Shown one piece after another: positions 34,533 to 39,572 of a stretch of 39,572 bases of DNA. Made by a program: the position numbers and the translations under genes. The stretch covers positions 12,687-52,258 of the forward strand of contig MU271501.1 in NCBI GenBank assembly GCA_021432655.1, read 5' to 3'. The notes under the pieces are model-generated. The model worked only from the letters and a program-made list of their open reading frames with translations, was not told where the DNA came from and did not search any database. The DNA is from Atractiella rhizophila (Eukaryota). Every line of letters begins with the position of its first letter. Positions within the stretch are counted from its first letter, which is position 1.

Positions 34533-37027
34533 CTATACACTAACTCCGTAGCCTCCATCCTTCCTTGTTCCCAAGCGTATCCTCATCGCTGACATCTTTG
34601 TCATCTCCTCCTCGCTTCCTTTTGACCCAAGAATATCATATATCAACGTCCCACCTTCAGAGAGCCTTTCTGCCCCAGTCTCCAGCAATTGGCCGTCATC
34701 AAGGTCATTTTTCGTTACCGATATTCTAGCAGACCGCCAAACATCCCAACAGATCCAAGTAGCAAAAGCCGTGAAAGCCACAACCAGTCCGAAAAATACG
34801 CCTAATACGGACCAAGGAATATAAGTCGCTTGAACGAGCTTGATATCCCTCTCCTCGATAGAAGACGCGCTTGTATGAACCCCAGCAGATGTAGAGAGGA
34901 AGACATTTGCGACAGCTCGAGAGTAGGCAGAGGTGAAGGAAACGGAACGATTGCTTGCTGGACCAAGGGGAGACGCTTGGCCGTCTGTATACACTTTTGA
35001 GGATAAACGTGCTGAAGTGTTTCTGTCAATTAAGGACACCTGAAAAATCAAAATCACCGTACCTGCTGTGAAACCACCGCTAATTGCCCAGACCTCCGGT
35101 GAACCCTCTCCTGCTCTCTGGGCATCCAGGACCTCGATAAAGCCTCTATTGTTTTGGTATGTCACGGGCGCGAGGACTTCAACCTGGCACCACAGCAATC
35201 CAAAGAGTCGTGGGCCACGCGTGTGCACCATGCCGCCTAACAGTTGTGGTGTGGTGTTGTCGGTGTCGTCTTGAAGGTCTGCATTGAAAATCATGGCTAA
35301 TGCGACCGGAAAAGGATTAGAGCTTTGTCCTCTCACTATTGAGTCCACAGCGGAAGGATCAAACTCTGAAATCACAGATTACGTTGGGCATTAAGAAGGA
35401 GATCTGAGGGACTCACGAGTTATATTCCATCCAGCGTTAGGTCCAAAGGCAGTATTTGTTGCACTGATGCCTTGCGTTAGTCCAGGTATTCCTGGACAAT
35501 CGTACAACACGCTCCCAGTTTCCGCCGAATCGTCTGGTTGCTCGACATGGATGTTACAGTATGGAGTCAAATTCTCACATGTTGTTCTGACCCCAGTTGT
35601 GGTTGCTTTGTAGGAAAGAATTGCCTGGGTATCGCTGGAAAGATAAGGAAGGAGAAGTGCGGTCGTAGTTGAAGGCGTCGCATCAGCACCCAAGGACGAC
35701 TGGGGTGCCGTCTCGGATATCAGACGAACGGTGTTCGTCGTAGAGAGGTTATTCGCAGTCAAGATAGCTTCGTTCGAACCCCGCAGGATATCGACAGCGC
35801 CTTGAGCATCTGCACATGAGTTTCCAAGATAGGTCAATGAGCATGCAAGGGATTGTTCTCCATCGCAATCTATATATTGCGGGCTTTGTTGACAGAAACT
35901 GTCGATGGAACGACTAAGTTGGAGATTGTTCGAAGGGGAGCGAGACGCTTCAACAGGCAGGATCCTCGGTAGCGTCACTGCATGTAACCAAATCCCCTCA
36001 ACAACAGAGATCGCATAAGCGAGAACTAGTAGGGGGAGGATGGCACGAAGGGCGATGTAAAGAAGACCGCGATGGGGGTTTTGTGAGGAAGATCGGAAAG
36101 ATGTCGAGAGTGCCTCCAATACAGATTTCAAACCAACTCCTGCACATATCCCCACTAATCGAGTGAACTGGACACCTTTAGTTTTAAGATCGGTCAGGAG
36201 AGAAAATGAAGAATACTGACGTGTGAAGGGGTAGGCAGGGAATTAGAAAGGTCCGTGGGCTTGTCGGTTTTCTTTGCTTTCTCACTTCGCTTCTCTGTGT
36301 TGGAACTAGCCGTAGCCCAAATTGCAGCAACTTTAAATGCCACCAACGTGGTGAGTAGTGGTAAGATTAAGAATACAGCCCTGGAGACGATGCTGGATAT
36401 CAATAATAATCGACCAGCTGGTGCCGTGGAAGAGATTCCATGATGTGAGGAAGATCGGAAAGATGTCGAGAGTGCCGTCAATACAGATTTCAACCCAACT
36501 CCTGAACATATCCCCACTAATCGAGTGAACTGGACACCTTTAGTTTTACAATCTGGAGAGAAAATGAAGAATACTGACGTGTGAAGGGGTAGGCAGGGAA
36601 TTAGAAAGGTCCGTGGACTTGTCGGTTTTCTTTCCTTTCTCACTTCGCTTCTCTGTGTTGGAACTAGCGGTAGCCCAAATTGCAGCAATTTTAAATGCCA
36701 CCAAAGTGGTGAGTAGTGGTAAGATTAAGAATACAGCCCTGGAGACGATGCTGGATATCAATAATAATCGACCAGCTGGTGCCGTGGAAGAGATTCCATG
36801 GTTAGACAGCAACAGACGAGTTGAGAACAGATATCCAGCTGTTGAGGAAAAGCTAAGCTACGTTTCATAGAACGTATCTCTTGCTCACCAAATGCGCCAA
36901 CAACGCCGACAGTTCCCACCCACGTCGCTAAAAGCACAAGTACTACTTTGTGAGTTGGTATTCTCTCTCTTGTTACTGACCCTGATTCAACCGAGGTTTC
37001 TTTTTTGGCGACGCTATCTTTGTCCAT
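34533..37027 (-). CDS. Multi-pass membrane protein with Cys-containing extracellular region and C-terminal TM (uncharacterised)
   Basis: Consecutive long frames 37027-36890, 36812-36220, 36166-35417 and 35361-34533 joined by GT-AG introns (boundaries approximate). Several TM segments, an LPTPSH|FTRLV motif, and a C-terminal TM WSVLGVFFGLVVAFTAFATWICW. Confidence 0.75.
36082..36800. repeat. About 360-bp intragenic tandem duplication (36082-36443 and 36444-36800)
   Basis: Near-identical blocks at offset 362/358; the 4-nt length difference lies inside the duplicated intron (53 vs 49 nt). Confidence 0.95.
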
Positions 37028-37530
37028 TGTAGAAGAAGTGGCCGAAGTAGAAGCTTGAAGATAGAGGAGACGGACAGGGTTGCAGCATTTTATTGACTCT
37101 CATGAGTTCCAGATGGATGCGATGCTCGTGTTCACAGAATTTTCGAAGTGAATTGGATCACATCTTCAACCTGAGTTCGTGGAAGTAACGCATCAAGAAT
37201 GACAAACATGAAAGCTTGGCTTTGGGGTTATTCATTCTCGGTTTCGATTGAAGTCGCGACAAATGACAATTTGTGGTGGACAGTGGCATTACTCCGCAGA
37301 TAACTTCCAAAAGAGGGAATTCGCCGACATGCGCCGTAGGAGCTTGAGGGACGACTTCAGAGAGCAAGCATCTGAAGAAAATTCTTTCCTACATAAAGTT
37401 TATTCACAGCTTAATGAAGTAAAAAGCTTTAAATGCCTTGGCCTATTCGACGGTGGGTATCTTTGGCTGCCATTCTCGCCTCACATTTAGTCTGCAGCAA
37501 GGATTAGACGCGTTCATGTCATGCTGAAGC

Positions 37531-39026
37531 TTGGGATGGATTAGTGTTCGCTATGCTAATCTCCTTTATACCACTACACAAGGAGACAAAGGAAGAGCCC
37601 GTATCTGCAAGTCTGTTGTCGGTGCTCTCGCAGTGGCGAACACTGCCATCAAAGAATCACCTCTCACCAGAAGGACGAATATTTATCTTTCCAAGACGTT
37701 GGCTGTAATGGTGTCGGAGCAGCGACCGCAGTATCAAGCATTCGTCGATATTCCAGAAGAAGACTCTATTGAGGAGATCCTTTTATTTCTCTTTTTGAAG
37801 GAAAGAGGTCTACAAACGGCCTTCAGATTTGACGCAGACAATTGGACAAAAAGTCTGCATTGAATTTGGATGAGTTGTCCCTAACAAACAAGATTGATCT
37901 GATGTGTGACAACAAAGAGGAACGACTGTTCGAAACCGTACACGGTTTTCAGAGATCTATAACAAGATCCAAGTTGAGGATTTATTCATCTAGCTGCCGA
38001 TCGACCTTCTTTTCTGTTTGACGAAGATATTGGATGCCTATAGGGGAATAACGGTCAAATTTCGAAGAGCCGGATTTTCGCGTCACGGTTTAATGTCGTT
38101 GGCATCTCCAAAATTTGTGAACTTTGAGGAATTACAGCATTCATATCATATGAATGTCATTCCCACGTTGAGACCTGGGGACAGATCATTGTGCCGTGGA
38201 TCAGAGAGCTAATCCTATTCAGGTTCAGTGTGGGATGGATCAGAGAGCTAATCCTATTCAGGTTCAGTGTGGGGACTCCTGGCACTGAGACTTTAATGAA
38301 TACAGGGCTTTCTATCCCAAAGAAACATTTTGTCTGCAGTTCATGTGTATCCAGCCGCCACTATGTTCGGAAGATCGTAGACAAAAAATCTTCGTTCGGT
38401 TGGAACTCTGTGGTGCATCCAATTTCTCACAATCTTCTCTTTGGTTAAAGCGGACGACATCTTTGTCACCATTGGATTACTGACGACCTTTCCCTGCTCT
38501 TGAAACTGTCATTGTTGAGCTCAGAGTACCTGTACCTTTCAACTGGGATCTTTTGTCGATACCGCACTCATGTCTTCAGCTTTTACCTCGAGCGAAACTT
38601 AGATTTCTGTAGAGACGGCGTACGGAACAACTCTCAGAGGAATATCGCATTTACATCGCTATACGGACATCTTACCATGACGAAGTGGTTTGGAGCGCGA
38701 CCTTGATGACTACTCAAGATGAGTTCGCAGATTTGCAAGCCCCGATTGAAGTAGGGGTAGTGCGTGTGCCAACAAAACCTAATGTTTAGCTGGTGTTGGC
38801 TGTCGCATACGATTTCCGTTTCACTTTCAAAGGGGGGATGAAGATGAAATGGAATGACTCCAGTTCTGTTATGATAGTTTCTATTCCTGCATACAAAAAA
38901 GGTGGCGTCCGATTTTCTCAATCTGAAGTAAAAATGGCCTTCTATAAACAAGGTCGCACTGCAATAGAAAAACTGACACGAAACCAGTTTCACCGATTCC
39001 CTGCCACCTACCCAGAACATTTGTGA
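37531..39026 (+). other. Possible fragmented or degenerate multi-exon hypothetical gene
   Basis: Exon-like frames 37581-37853 (after a GCTAAT...CAAG acceptor) and ~38793-39026. I could not assemble a clean model or recognise a family. Confidence 0.25.
38197..38273. repeat. 39-bp tandem repeat, 2 copies
   Basis: tggatcagagagctaatcctattcaggttcagtgtggg at 38197 and 38236. Confidence 0.95.
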
Positions 39027-39407
39027 GCTCTCCTTTCATGGCGCTCGAATCCCATTAGCATTGTAAACATTTCTTCGCTTCCATAATTTCGAGCTCAACG
39101 CTCGTGGTCCAGAGCTCACTGGCAGCTATTGTTGGCTAAACAGGGGCAACCCACACGAGAATTGTGAATTGTGGTCTTCCAACTGCGGAAATCTCCACTC
39201 CCAAAAAGTAACGGATGTCATTCGATCTAGCAACATCTCTCCCCATTCAACTACTTGTCGTGTTGCAACCTTTCCTCGTGGTGGATGCAAGAGAGAGCCA
39301 AACGGAAAGCAACAAAGAGGGATGAAAATATGTCATTGTCGAAATAACTCCTTAGATTTCTTCGATAAATGTACAAGTGCACGTTCAAGACTTCAAGGAG
39401 AACAATC

Positions 39408-39541
39408 TTAACCGGACCAAACGGCCTAGATGCAAGCGTTAACCATCGGTACAATCGACGACGGCAAGGTAGTGTGGAGACTTACCGGACCTGGTTGAAC
39501 ATACCTTGTCGGGATAGGATAGTATGGATTGAAAAACAAGC
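39408..39541 (-). CDS. Last two exons of a second AA9 LPMO gene; the rest lies beyond the window
   Basis: Exons 39541-39486 and 39425-39408 (intron 39485-39426, GTAAGT..TAG) encode (G)LFFNPYYPIPTRYVQPGPAVWSG*, homologous to the first AA9's GLTINIWWPIPTSYVQPGPAVWTG*. Confidence 0.85.
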
Positions 39542-39572
39542 CTAGAAAGAATTTGAGTACACAGTTCAACTC

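Noticed and set aside
34163..38273. 35-bp and 39-bp repeats as CRISPR-like arrays
   Set aside because: Two adjacent copies without spacers, in eukaryotic DNA with no cas genes.

Overview
Gene-dense, intron-rich fungal DNA. Short 45-65 nt introns with GTNNGT donors and the protein families present suggest a basidiomycete; the taxon is an inference. Left to right: RPL10 (3' part), a single-TM hypothetical protein, a six-exon CKS1 divergent from RTF2, a Git3-like GPCR, kinetochore DSN1/Mis13 divergent from a signal-anchored CPYS glutaredoxin, an SRR1-domain gene, two tandem cytochrome P450 paralogs, a 14-exon AA9 lytic polysaccharide monooxygenase (LPMO), LYRM5/ETFRF1 divergent from a G-alpha gene, a PY-motif membrane protein, an F-box/LRR-like protein, a SCOC/DUF2205 protein, an EXD1-like exonuclease, a membrane protein with an in-frame internal duplication, and the 3' end of a second AA9. 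The most unusual locus is the first AA9. Its whole 7-exon 3' half is tandemly duplicated with an intact splice acceptor, and the copies differ by 8 synonymous versus 1 non-synonymous change. Its 12-nt VWFK micro-exon is also duplicated, and it needs two GC-AG introns. Tandem duplications from 35 bp to 3.5 kb recur across the window. All gene models were spliced by hand and are unverified by transcripts.
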